From Actinomycetes bacterium (GTDB taxonomy: Bacteria > Actinomycetota > Acidimicrobiia > IMCC26256 > Chersky-534): 57,626 bases of DNA. The notes below the pieces were generated by a model. That model was not told the origin of the DNA. It ran no database searches and worked only from the letters and a program-made list of their open reading frames with translations. The stretch spans positions 1 to 57,626 of the forward strand of contig JAODBH010000078.1 in NCBI GenBank assembly GCA_025463865.1, in the 5' to 3' direction. Position numbers and translations under genes: made by a program. Of this stretch, positions 49,279 through 57,626 are shown piece after piece (the stretch's first letter is position 1; each line of letters begins with the position of its first letter).

Positions 49279-50112
49279 CTACGGATCGGGGGTTGTGGCC
49301 ACGAGGTCGGAGAAGGCGGCGGCGAGCTTCGCGGTGACGGGGCCGGGGGCCGCGAGGGGACGGTCGTCCACGGCGGCGATGGCGTGCACCTCGCGGGTCG
49401 AGCTGGTGATGAAGGCCTCGTCGGCCGCGTCGAGCGCGTCGGCGGGGAGCGCGGTCTCCTCGACGGCGATGCCCGCGTCGGCGGCGAGCTCCAGCACGAG
49501 CGCACGCGTGATGCCCGCGAGGCAGCCGGCGTCGAGCGGGGGAGTGCGCAGCGCGCCGTCGGCGACGACGAAGACGTTGCTGCCCGTGCCCTCGCACAGC
49601 TCGCCGCGGTTGTTGGCGAGCAGGGCCTCGTCGGCGCCGCGTTCGTGGGCGAACGCGAGCGCGCGCACGTTCTCCGCGTACGACGTGGTCTTGAGCCCGA
49701 CCAGTGCACCGCGTTCGTTGCGGGTCCAGGGGGCCATCGCCACCCGCGCGGTGGGCGGCCAAGGTGTGAACCGGCCGGCCACGACCATTCGGGTGGGGGA
49801 GTCGTGACCCCGCTCGGAGCCGAGGGGCGCCGGGCCGCCGGTGAACGTGACCCGTACCCGGGCGTCGTCGAGGCCGTTGACGCTCAACACGTCTTCGACG
49901 GCCGCCCGGAGCTCGTCGCCGTCAGGTTCCGGGAGCCCGAGTGCCCGCGCCGACCGGGCCAGCCGCTCGGCGTGACGGCTCCACGCGAACGGCACGCCGG
50001 CGTAGGCGCGCAACGTCTCGAACACGCCGTCGCCGACGGTGACGCCGTGGTCGAGCGGCGAGACCCGCGCCTGTCGGACCTCGAGCAGGCTCCCGTCGAG
50101 CCAGACCATCAT
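49279..50112 (-). CDS. Class IV aminotransferase / aminodeoxychorismate lyase-like protein
   Basis: GDGVFETLR, LKTTSY, EGTGSNVF, LAGITR; ATGA overlap with the pabB-like gene. Confidence 0.88.
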   Translation of the reverse strand: MMVWLDGSLLEVRQARVSPLDHGVTVGDGVFETLRAYAGVPFAWSRHAERLARSARALGLPEPDGDELRAAVEDVLSVNGLDDARVRVTFTGGPAPLGSERGHDSPTRMVVAGRFTPWPPTARVAMAPWTRNERGALVGLKTTSYAENVRALAFAHERGADEALLANNRGELCEGTGSNVFVVADGALRTPPLDAGCLAGITRALVLELAADAGIAVEETALPADALDAADEAFITSSTREVHAIAAVDDRPLAAPGPVTAKLAAAFSDLVATTPDP

Positions 50113-51368
50113 CGGACCGGCCCCTCCACGCCCGCGGTGGGTCTGACAGCGGCGCCGGGTCTGACAGCGGCGCCGGGTCGGGCCACGGCCTCGAGGAGCC
50201 GGGCCGCCTTCAGCTCTGTCTCCTCCCACTCCCGCGCGGGGTGCGAGTCGGCGACGATGCCCGAGCCCACGCCCAGCGCGGTCCGCCCGCCGGCAATGGT
50301 GAAGGTGCGGATCGCCACCGACAGGTCGCCGGTGCCGCGGCGGGTGTCCATCCATCCGAGCGCGCCGCAGTAGTAGCCGCGACGCACCGGCTCGAAGTCG
50401 TCGATGACCTGGAGCGCGCGCGGCTTGGGCGCGCCGGTGACCGAGGCGGGTGGGAGCGTGGCCCGCAGCACGTCGGCGAGGCCGATGCCGGGAGCGAACG
50501 CGCCGTCGACGGTGCTGACGAGGTGGACGAGGCCCGGGTGCTCCTCGGGCTCGCACAGGTGCGCGACGTCGATCGAGCCGGGCGCGCAGACACGCGACAG
50601 GTCGCTGCGGCTGAGATCGACGATCATCGTGTTCTCGGCCCGCTCCTTGGGATTCGCGACGAGCGCGCCCGGGTCGACGCCGGTCCCCTTGATCGGGCGG
50701 CTCACGACGGTGCCGTCGCGCCAGCGGAGGAAGCACTCGGGCGACGCCGACACCACCGACACCCCGCCGATGCGGACGAGCGCGGCGTGGGGCGAAGGAC
50801 TGGTCTCCAACAGCGCGCGGAACAGGGAGACGTCGTCGGCAGGCTGGTCCCACAGGATGCGACGCGTGAGGTTCACCTGGTACACGTCGCCCGCCGCGAT
50901 CAATCCGTGCAGCGCGCGGACCCTGCTCTCGAACCCGTCCCGGTCGAGGCTCGACGCGCCGGCTCCGAGACCGCCGCGGTGTGCAGCTGCACTCGCCGCG
51001 GGCCCGGGTCGCCGCAACCTCGCCGCCCGTATCGCCGCGGCCGAGCGCGCGTCGTTCGCGGAGCCGTCGGGCGCGAAGACCGCGCGGCGCTCGAAGCGGG
51101 CGAGCAGCACGTCGGGCACGTCGAAGTCGGGAGTGGGGCGCCCGCCCGCGGCCTCGAGGTCGCGACCGAGGTCGTAGCTGAGCGCGCCCGCCCACCAGCC
51201 GGCGCCCAGGTCGTCGAGGCGGCCGAACGCGAGCGGCCCGGAGCTGCGGATGACCGCGCTCGGTTCCCACGCCAGGATGGTCCGCGTCCCGGCCCGGACC
51301 ACGACCAGGTCGACGTCGGGCGGGAGGCCGGCGGCCAGCTCGGCTGCAGCCTCGAGGCCTGCGTCCAT
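50109..51368 (-). CDS. pabB: Chorismate-binding enzyme (aminodeoxychorismate synthase component I-like)
   Basis: YQVNL, SPECF, RPIKGT, KERAENTMIVDL, SVTGAPK, VAIRT, EWEET. TACGGT lies 6 nt before ATG 51368. Confidence 0.78.
   Translation of the reverse strand: MDAGLEAAAELAAGLPPDVDLVVVRAGTRTILAWEPSAVIRSSGPLAFGRLDDLGAGWWAGALSYDLGRDLEAAGGRPTPDFDVPDVLLARFERRAVFAPDGSANDARSAAAIRAARLRRPGPAASAAAHRGGLGAGASSLDRDGFESRVRALHGLIAAGDVYQVNLTRRILWDQPADDVSLFRALLETSPSPHAALVRIGGVSVVSASPECFLRWRDGTVVSRPIKGTGVDPGALVANPKERAENTMIVDLSRSDLSRVCAPGSIDVAHLCEPEEHPGLVHLVSTVDGAFAPGIGLADVLRATLPPASVTGAPKPRALQVIDDFEPVRRGYYCGALGWMDTRRGTGDLSVAIRTFTIAGGRTALGVGSGIVADSHPAREWEETELKAARLLEAVARPGAAVRPGAAVRPTAGVEGPVR
50139..50179. repeat. 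18-bp tandem duplication in the pabB 3' end
   Basis: GGGTCTGACAGCGGCGCC twice plus GGGTC; encodes RPGAAV twice. Confidence 0.9.
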
Positions 51369-51455
51369 CACCGCACCGTACCGCTCCGGCATCGGGCCCG
51401 GACTCCTCGACGGGCCGCGACGGGCCGCCGACCCGCCGGGTCGACCCGGTCCGGC

Positions 51456-52442
51456 TCAGCCCGGTGCGGACCCGGTGTCGAGCACGACCTTGCCGATGGC
51501 CCGCCCATCGCCGACGTACCGCAACGCGGCCGCGGTCTCGTCCAACGGGAACGTGGCGCCGATGTGCGGTGCGACGCGTCCTGTGGCGAGCATCTCCATC
51601 AGCTCGATCTCGTTCCGGGCGGTCTCGTCGGGCACGCGCTCCATGAAGGAGCGGAAGTCGAAGCCGAGGATCTTGATGCCCTTGAGCAGCACGAGGTTGA
51701 GCGGGATCCGTGGGATGACCCCCGACGCGTAGCCGACGGTGACGAAGCGACCGCCCCAGTGCAGCGCGCGCAGGGCGGGCTCGGCGAGGTCGCCGCCGAC
51801 GGGGTCGATGACGACGTCGGCTCCGCCGGGCAGCTGGTCGCGCAGTTGCTGACGCAGGTCACCCGAACGGTGGTCGATGAGGCGGGTCGCGCCGTAGGAC
51901 GCGGCGACCTCGAGCTTCTCCGCGCTGGATGCGACCGCCGTGACCGAGGCTCCGAGCGCGGCACCGAGCTGGACGGCCGCGAGGCCGACCCCGCCGCCGG
52001 CGCCCAGCACGATGAGCTCCTCGCCGGGCGCGAGCCGGGCCACCGAGCGCAGCACGTGGTACGAGGTCCGGTGCGCGACGCCGAACGCCGCCGCGGAGCG
52101 GAGGTCGACGCCGTCGGGGATCGGCTTGACCGCTCCCGCGGCGATGACGACCTCCTCGGCGAACGCCCCGGAGATCCCGGTCCCGTAGACGTGGTCGCCG
52201 ACGGCGGCACTGGTGACGCCGTCGCCGAGCTCCACGATCTCGCCCGCGAACTCGCTCCCCGGGACGAACGGTGTCGGCACCGACACCTGGTACTGGTTCG
52301 CGACGATCAGCACGTCGGGAAAGTTGACCGCGGCGGCGTGCACCCGGACGCGCACCTGTTGCGCGTCGAGCGGGGGAGAGGGGACCTCCTCGATGGTGAC
52401 GACCTCGGGCGGTCCGTACGACGTGCACATCGCGGCGCGCAC
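51456..52442 (-). CDS. NADPH:quinone oxidoreductase (zeta-crystallin/MDR family)
   Basis: VNFPD, PGSEFAG, GAGGGVG, DPVGG, GKVV. Confidence 0.9.
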   Translation of the reverse strand: MRAAMCTSYGPPEVVTIEEVPSPPLDAQQVRVRVHAAAVNFPDVLIVANQYQVSVPTPFVPGSEFAGEIVELGDGVTSAAVGDHVYGTGISGAFAEEVVIAAGAVKPIPDGVDLRSAAAFGVAHRTSYHVLRSVARLAPGEELIVLGAGGGVGLAAVQLGAALGASVTAVASSAEKLEVAASYGATRLIDHRSGDLRQQLRDQLPGGADVVIDPVGGDLAEPALRALHWGGRFVTVGYASGVIPRIPLNLVLLKGIKILGFDFRSFMERVPDETARNEIELMEMLATGRVAPHIGATFPLDETAAALRYVGDGRAIGKVVLDTGSAPG

Positions 52443-52443
52443 G

Positions 52444-53226
52444 TCAGCGACCCTGCCATTGCGGGGCGCGCTTCTCGACGAATGCCCGGGCGCCTTCTTG
52501 CGCGTCCTCACTCTCGAACACGACCGGAAGCAGCTCGTACCGGCGCTCGGAGGCGTTCTGGGCCCCGCTGCCCGCCAACCTGACGAGCTCCCGGGTCGCT
52601 GCGACCGCGAGCGGTCCGTTGGCGGCGATCCGCTCGGCGACGGCCAACGCCGCGCCGAAGACGTCGTCCGGTGGGACCACCGCGTTGACGAGGCCGAGCT
52701 CGTAGGCGCGATCCGCGTCGATGCTGTCGCCGGTGAGCGCGAGCTCCAACGCGACGCCGAGCGGGATGCGCTTCGCCAGCTCGAGGACACCGCTGCCGGC
52801 GAAGAGTCCCCGCTTGACCTCGGGCAGCCCGAACTTGGCCTCCGAAGACGTGACCACGACGTCGCAGGCCAGCATCAGCTCCAACCCTCCCGCGAGTGCG
52901 CTCCCGTTCACCGCGCCGACGACCGGCAACCCGGCGCCGCCCTCGAGCAACCGCATGTAGGCAGCGGTGCCCTCCTCGCGCTGGAGGCCGCCGGTGCCGT
53001 CGTCGGCCGAGAAGGCCCGCAGGTCCATGCCGGCGCAGAACGCGCGGTCGCCGGTGCCGGTCAGGACGACGGCCCGGATCCCCGGGTCAGCCGCCGCGCC
53101 GGTCATCGCGGCGCTGATCCCGGCGATCATCGCCCAGCTGAGCGCGTTGCGCGCCTCCGGGCGGTTGAGCCGCAGCGAGAGGACGGCGCCGTGCCGCTCG
53201 GTCACGAGCTCGTCGGCGTCGGTCAT
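52444..53226 (-). CDS. Enoyl-CoA hydratase/crotonase
   Basis: NRPEARNA, FCAGMDL, AGGLEL, LPEVKRG. Confidence 0.9.
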   Translation of the reverse strand: MTDADELVTERHGAVLSLRLNRPEARNALSWAMIAGISAAMTGAAADPGIRAVVLTGTGDRAFCAGMDLRAFSADDGTGGLQREEGTAAYMRLLEGGAGLPVVGAVNGSALAGGLELMLACDVVVTSSEAKFGLPEVKRGLFAGSGVLELAKRIPLGVALELALTGDSIDADRAYELGLVNAVVPPDDVFGAALAVAERIAANGPLAVAATRELVRLAGSGAQNASERRYELLPVVFESEDAQEGARAFVEKRAPQWQGR

Positions 53227-54245
53227 CCCTTGTAGTCGGTCGTCTCGGCGAGGTCGGCGGCGCCCTTCATGAGGTCGAGGACGATGGGCCCGAACGCCAG
53301 GAGCTTCTCGTCGTCGCCGGAGCGCTGGAAGCCCTGCTCGAGCACGATCGCGAGCTTCCACTTGGCGAGGACGATGTAGTAGTCGATGTCGTCGACCTGG
53401 CGGCCGGACACGTCGGAGTAGTGGGCCAGCAACTTGTCGCGCGACGGCATGCCCCGCATGTCGACGTAGCTCGCCTTCGACGCTTCGACCGCGCTGGTGT
53501 CCTCGGGCCAGCTCTGCACGACCCAGCCGAGGTCGAGCTTCGGGTCACCGACGGTGCCCATCTCCCAGTCGACGATCGCGGCGAGCTTCGCCGGCGCGCC
53601 GTCCTGGTACATCACGTTGGCGAACTGGTAGTCGCCGTGCATCACGCCGGGGATGTAGTCGATGGGGCGGTGGGAGCGCAGCCACGCCGACGCCTCGTCG
53701 AGCCCGGGGATCTCGCGGCCCTTGATCCGCTCGAGGAACGCGCTCCAGCGGTCGACCTGGCGCTCGTGGAATCCGTCGGGGCGGCCGAGGCCCTCGAGGC
53801 CCCGGGCCTTCCAGTCCACGTTGCCCAACAGGGCGATGCCTTCGACCAGCTGGTAGCCGAGCCCGGCGCGGGCGTCGATGTCGCTGTTGAACGGCTCCGG
53901 CCAGCCCGTGCGGCCCATCGGGGACCAGCCGTCGACGAAGCCCATCAGGTAGAACGACCGGCCGAGCACCGACGTGTCCTCGGAGACCGCGACCGCGGCG
54001 GTGTGCGGAACGTCGGTCCCGTCGAGGGCCTCGACGATCCGCCACTCGCGCATGATCCCGTTGTCGCGGTCGGCGGGAGCGGTGGGCGGAGGGATCCGGA
54101 TCGCGCAGTGGAGGTCACCGCGGCGAAGCTCGTAGATCTCGTTCTGGCTCCCGCCGGAGAGGTACTCGTGCTCGAGCGGCTCGCCCGTTCCGGGCAGGCC
54201 CTGCTCGTCCATCCACAGTGAGAGTCGTTCGAAATCAATGCTCAC
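53223..54245 (-). CDS. APH-family phosphotransferase (ACAD10/11 kinase-domain-like)
   Basis: LSGGSQN, RE, HGDYQFANV, DWE, GDPKLDL; overlaps both neighbours. Confidence 0.9.
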   Translation of the reverse strand: MSIDFERLSLWMDEQGLPGTGEPLEHEYLSGGSQNEIYELRRGDLHCAIRIPPPTAPADRDNGIMREWRIVEALDGTDVPHTAAVAVSEDTSVLGRSFYLMGFVDGWSPMGRTGWPEPFNSDIDARAGLGYQLVEGIALLGNVDWKARGLEGLGRPDGFHERQVDRWSAFLERIKGREIPGLDEASAWLRSHRPIDYIPGVMHGDYQFANVMYQDGAPAKLAAIVDWEMGTVGDPKLDLGWVVQSWPEDTSAVEASKASYVDMRGMPSRDKLLAHYSDVSGRQVDDIDYYIVLAKWKLAIVLEQGFQRSGDDEKLLAFGPIVLDLMKGAADLAETTDYKG

Positions 54246-55540
54246 AGGTTCCCCACCTCGTGCTCGATGTAGTCGGCGTACTTCGCCCGGGCTGCTTCCA
54301 GTTTCCGCGGGATCCACTCGGTCGGCCAGACGTCCGCGCTCGGCTTGTAGTCGTGCAGAACCTGGCGCGCGACCGTGACCTTGTGCACCTCGGTCGGGCC
54401 GTCGGCCAGACCCATCACCGCCGCATTGTGGATCATGGTGAAGAACGGCATCTCGTTGGTCGTGCCCAGGGCACCGTGCACCTGCATCGCCCGCCAGGCG
54501 ATGTCGTGGAGCACCGTCGGCATGACCACCTTCGCGGTGGCGATGTCCTTGCGGACCCGCTTGTAGTCCTTGTACTTGTCGATCTCCCACGCCGTGTACA
54601 GCACGAAGAGCCGGAACTGGACGAGCTGCGCGTACGAGTCGGCGATGTAGCCCTGCACGAACTGCTTGTCGGCGAGGAGGCTGCCCGCGGTCTCGCGGCT
54701 GAGCGCGCGCTCGGCCATCATGTCGAGGGCCTTCTGGGCGAGGCCGATCGTGCGCATGGCGTGGTGGATCCGACCGCCGCCCAGGCGGGTCTGCGCGATG
54801 GCGAACGCCTGGCCCTCGCCACCGAGCAGCGCGTCGGCCGGGACGCGGACGTCCTCGTAGTGGATGAGCGCGTGGGAGCCCTCGTTCATCGGGTCGTACG
54901 CCAGCCCGACGTTGCGGACGATGTTGACGCCGGGCGTGTCGGACGGCACGAGGAACATCGACATGCCCCGGTAGGCGCTGACGTCGGGGTCCGTGACCAC
55001 CATCACGATCAGGAACGAAGCCGTCTTCGCGTTCGAGGAGAAGAACTTCCAGCCGTTGATCACCCACTCGTCGCCGTCCTTGACGGCCCGGGTCGTGAAC
55101 ATCCGCGGGTCCGCGCCCGCGTGGGGCTCGGTCATCGAGTAGCACGAGAACATCTCACCGTTGAGCAACGGCGTGAGGTACCGCTCCTTCTGCTCCGGTG
55201 TGCCGTAGTGGGCGATGATCTCCGCGTTGCCGGTGTCGGGCGCCTGCGTGCCGAACACCACCGGCGCCCAGGACGACCGGCCGAGGATCTCGTTGAGCAG
55301 CGCCAGCTTCAGCTGCCCGTAGCCCTGGCCACCGAGGTCGGGGCCGAGGTGGCAGGCCCAGAGGTCGTGGCTCCGGACCTGGTCCTTCAACGGGTCGATC
55401 ACCTTCCGGCGCGCCTCGTCGAGCGGGATGAACTGCTGGTGCGGCCACAGCAGGTCGATGGGCTCGACCTCCTCGCGCACGAACGTGTCGACCCAGTCCA
55501 GCTTCTGCTGGAACTCCGGTTCGGTCTCGAAATCCCACAT
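54242..55540 (-). CDS. Acyl-CoA dehydrogenase (ACAD10/11-like clade)
   Basis: APDTGNAE, SMTEP, NGWKFFSS, RLGGGRIHHAMR, QVHGALG, ADGPTEVH. Confidence 0.93.
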   Translation of the reverse strand: MWDFETEPEFQQKLDWVDTFVREEVEPIDLLWPHQQFIPLDEARRKVIDPLKDQVRSHDLWACHLGPDLGGQGYGQLKLALLNEILGRSSWAPVVFGTQAPDTGNAEIIAHYGTPEQKERYLTPLLNGEMFSCYSMTEPHAGADPRMFTTRAVKDGDEWVINGWKFFSSNAKTASFLIVMVVTDPDVSAYRGMSMFLVPSDTPGVNIVRNVGLAYDPMNEGSHALIHYEDVRVPADALLGGEGQAFAIAQTRLGGGRIHHAMRTIGLAQKALDMMAERALSRETAGSLLADKQFVQGYIADSYAQLVQFRLFVLYTAWEIDKYKDYKRVRKDIATAKVVMPTVLHDIAWRAMQVHGALGTTNEMPFFTMIHNAAVMGLADGPTEVHKVTVARQVLHDYKPSADVWPTEWIPRKLEAARAKYADYIEHEVGNL

Positions 55541-55563
55541 GACGTCTCCCTCCGAAGACGCGG

Positions 55564-55578
55564 CAGAATAGAGTTCTG
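55564..55578. promoter_or_regulatory. Putative TetR operator overlapping two divergent -10 elements
   Basis: CAGAA-TAGAG-TTCTG contains TAGAGT (+ strand, 7 nt before the tetR ATG) and TATTCT (- strand, for the ACAD operon). Confidence 0.6.
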
Positions 55579-55581
55579 ACT

Positions 55582-56220
55582 ATGCCGAACGCAAGCAGCG
55601 ACGAGGCGAACGTCGTTCCGGGGCGGATCGCCCAGCGGACCCTGGCCGCGCGCAACGCCCGGTACAACGACGAGGTCCGCAGGCTCCTCGACGCCGCCCT
55701 CGAGCTCATGCAGCAGTGCGGCACCACGTCGAAGCCGCGGGTCGTCGACATCGTCGCTGCGGCGGGTCTGTCGAACGACGCGTTCTACCGGCACTTCGCG
55801 TCGAAGGACGCGCTGGTCGCCACGCTCCTCGACGACGGCTCCGAACGGCTCCGCGGCTATCTGGAGCACCAGATGGCGAAGGAGGGCAGCCCGGCGGTCA
55901 AGGTCGCGCGTTGGGTGGAGGGCGTGCTCTCACAGGCCGACGACGACATCGCCGCGACCACCCTCGCGGTGCTCTGGAACGGGGGCAGTGTCGGACAGGG
56001 ACCGGCTTCGGGCCGCCACTTCGCGAGCGGCCCCCTCTCGACGCTGCTGCTCGAGCCGTTCGCCGCGCTCGGGTCGACCACCCCCGAGCTCGACGCGTCG
56101 CTCGTCGCCCACGCGACCTTCGGCAAGCTCTCCGACTACCTGTGGCAGCAGGAGCGCCCGACGCGCGCCGAGATCGAGCGCATCACCGACTTCTGCCTCT
56201 CCGCGGTCACCCGATCCTGA
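55582..56220 (+). CDS. TetR/AcrR family transcriptional regulator
   Basis: LLDAALEL...VVDIVAAAGLSNDAFYRHFASKDAL HTH. Confidence 0.92.
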   Translation: MPNASSDEANVVPGRIAQRTLAARNARYNDEVRRLLDAALELMQQCGTTSKPRVVDIVAAAGLSNDAFYRHFASKDALVATLLDDGSERLRGYLEHQMAKEGSPAVKVARWVEGVLSQADDDIAATTLAVLWNGGSVGQGPASGRHFASGPLSTLLLEPFAALGSTTPELDASLVAHATFGKLSDYLWQQERPTRAEIERITDFCLSAVTRS

Positions 56221-56289
56221 GGGCGCCGATCGAACGGGTGGTGGGGATGACCAGGGGCCGGGGATGCGCGCCTCTAGGCTGACGTGATC

Positions 56290-57626
56290 ATGTACAGCGC
56301 TCTTTCCCCACGCGCGTTCGTGGGACGGTTCGGCGTCGCGCTGCTCGTCGTCGTGGTCCTGATGACGGGGGTCGTGGTCGGCGTCAACGCCCGGGTGCGG
56401 GTGACGCTCAACGGGATCCATCGCATCCCGTTGAAGACCGATGCCTCGCTCGGCCCCGGTCAGCCCGCGAACATCCTCATGATCGGGTCGGACTCGCGTT
56501 CGTTCGTGGCCAACCAGACGCAGAGGAACGCGTTCGGTGACACGCAGAATGCGGGCGGCCAGCGCTCCGACACGATCATGGTGCTGCACGTCGATCCGCA
56601 GGCGAAGAAGGTGCTGCTCGTCTCGTTCCCGCGTGACCTGTGGGTCGACATCCCGGGCACGGGCCCGTCGAAGATCAACGCCGCGTTCAACAGCGGCCCC
56701 CAGAAGGTGATCGACACTCTGAAGGCCAATTTCCAGATTCCGATCAACCACTACATGGAGGTCGACTTCCAGAGCTTCCAGGGTGTGGTCGACGCGCTCG
56801 GCACCGTTCCGGTCTACTTCCCGTTGCCCACCCGCGACCTCAAGACGGGGCTCAACGAACCCGCGGGGTGCCAGGCGCTCAACGGGCAGCAGGCGCTGCA
56901 ATACGTGCGGTCCCGCTACCTCCAGGTGGCGTCCTTCGGCAAGTGGCGCTATCCCGATCCGATCCCCGACCTCGGCCGCATCGCCCGGCAGCAGGCCTTC
57001 CTGCGCAAGTTGGCCATGCTCGCGGTCCGCAAGGGGCTCAACAACCCGCTCGCGGCCAACGACATCGCGAGCAGCGTGCTCTCCAAGCTCCAGATCAGCC
57101 AGAGCTTCTCCACCGACGACATCCTGCGCCTCATCAACGCCTTCCGGTCGGTGAACCCCGGCGACCCGAACTCGATCCAGACGATGACGCTCGCGACGCA
57201 CCCCGCCGCGATCGGCGGTCAGGACGTCCTGCAGATGACGCAGCCCGACGCGAACTCGATGCTGACGGCCCTGCGCACGTTCACGTCGTCCAACGCGACG
57301 TCGGCCGTCGCCAACGGTCCGAAGCCGGCGACGATCCGGGTCCGGGTCCTCAACCGCGCCAACGGAGTCGGCGGTGCCGCCGGGAAGGCGCTCACGTCGT
57401 TCCAGCAGGACGGCTTCGTCGGCGTCGGCGTCGGCAACGTGGGCCGGAACGTGGCGAAGACCGAGGTCCGCTACGCGTCGGGGGCGTTGGAGAAGGCCAA
57501 GGTGGTCCAGAGCTACCTCGCGGGCGTCGGGACCCTGATCCCCGACGCGAGCCTGACCGACACCGACGTCGCCGTCGTGCTCGGCCAGGACTACACCGCA
57601 GTCACGCTCCCGGCCGGGGCCACCGC
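56290..57626 (+). CDS. LytR-CpsA-Psr (LCP) family phosphotransferase with LytR C-terminal domain (runs off window end; absent from ORF track)
   Basis: Translated by hand: N-terminal TM, NILMIGSDSR, RSDTIM, SFPRD, KINAA, ALQYVRSR, DLGRIARQQ, VRVLN. TAGGCT lies at 56275-56280. Confidence 0.92.
   Translation, partial: MYSALSPRAFVGRFGVALLVVVVLMTGVVVGVNARVRVTLNGIHRIPLKTDASLGPGQPANILMIGSDSRSFVANQTQRNAFGDTQNAGGQRSDTIMVLHVDPQAKKVLLVSFPRDLWVDIPGTGPSKINAAFNSGPQKVIDTLKANFQIPINHYMEVDFQSFQGVVDALGTVPVYFPLPTRDLKTGLNEPAGCQALNGQQALQYVRSRYLQVASFGKWRYPDPIPDLGRIARQQAFLRKLAMLAVRKGLNNPLAANDIASSVLSKLQISQSFSTDDILRLINAFRSVNPGDPNSIQTMTLATHPAAIGGQDVLQMTQPDANSMLTALRTFTSSNATSAVANGPKPATIRVRVLNRANGVGGAAGKALTSFQQDGFVGVGVGNVGRNVAKTEVRYASGALEKAKVVQSYLAGVGTLIPDASLTDTDVAVVLGQDYTAVTLPAGAT

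Overview
A very GC-rich actinobacterial chromosomal segment; gene content and order suggest Acidimicrobiia (inference). The left half is the conserved rho-rpmE-prfA-prmC...rpiB-wecA-atp region. About 14 kb of accessory genes lie between prmC and rpiB. They include a translationally coupled pair of Fe-S 'staple' PD-(D/E)XK (Cas4/AddB-like) proteins, one apparently catalytically dead, directly downstream of wecB. They also include an amino-sugar envelope-modification cluster: aminotransferase, oxidoreductase, N-acyltransferase, a fused FAD-oxidoreductase/deacetylase, GT2 and two tandem GT-C paralogs. The second GT-C has a frame-switching 8-bp repeat at its start. A complete F1Fo ATP synthase operon follows, with a near-consensus Rex operator over its promoter and an atpF carrying a signal-peptide-like extension. 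The right half holds glpX, a GT4/methyltransferase/prenyltransferase-like cluster of unknown product, hydrolases, a minimal adenylate cyclase, three crotonases, Asp-type murA, nfu, meaB, galT, lpdA, biotin carboxylase/birA, pabB/pabC-like genes, a TetR-linked acyl-CoA dehydrogenase/phosphotransferase operon, and a truncated LCP gene. Many genes appear leaderless (TANNNT 6-7 nt before the start codon). I found no CRISPR array, tRNA/rRNA, integrase or transposase. All calls come from reading motifs by eye; no searches were run.
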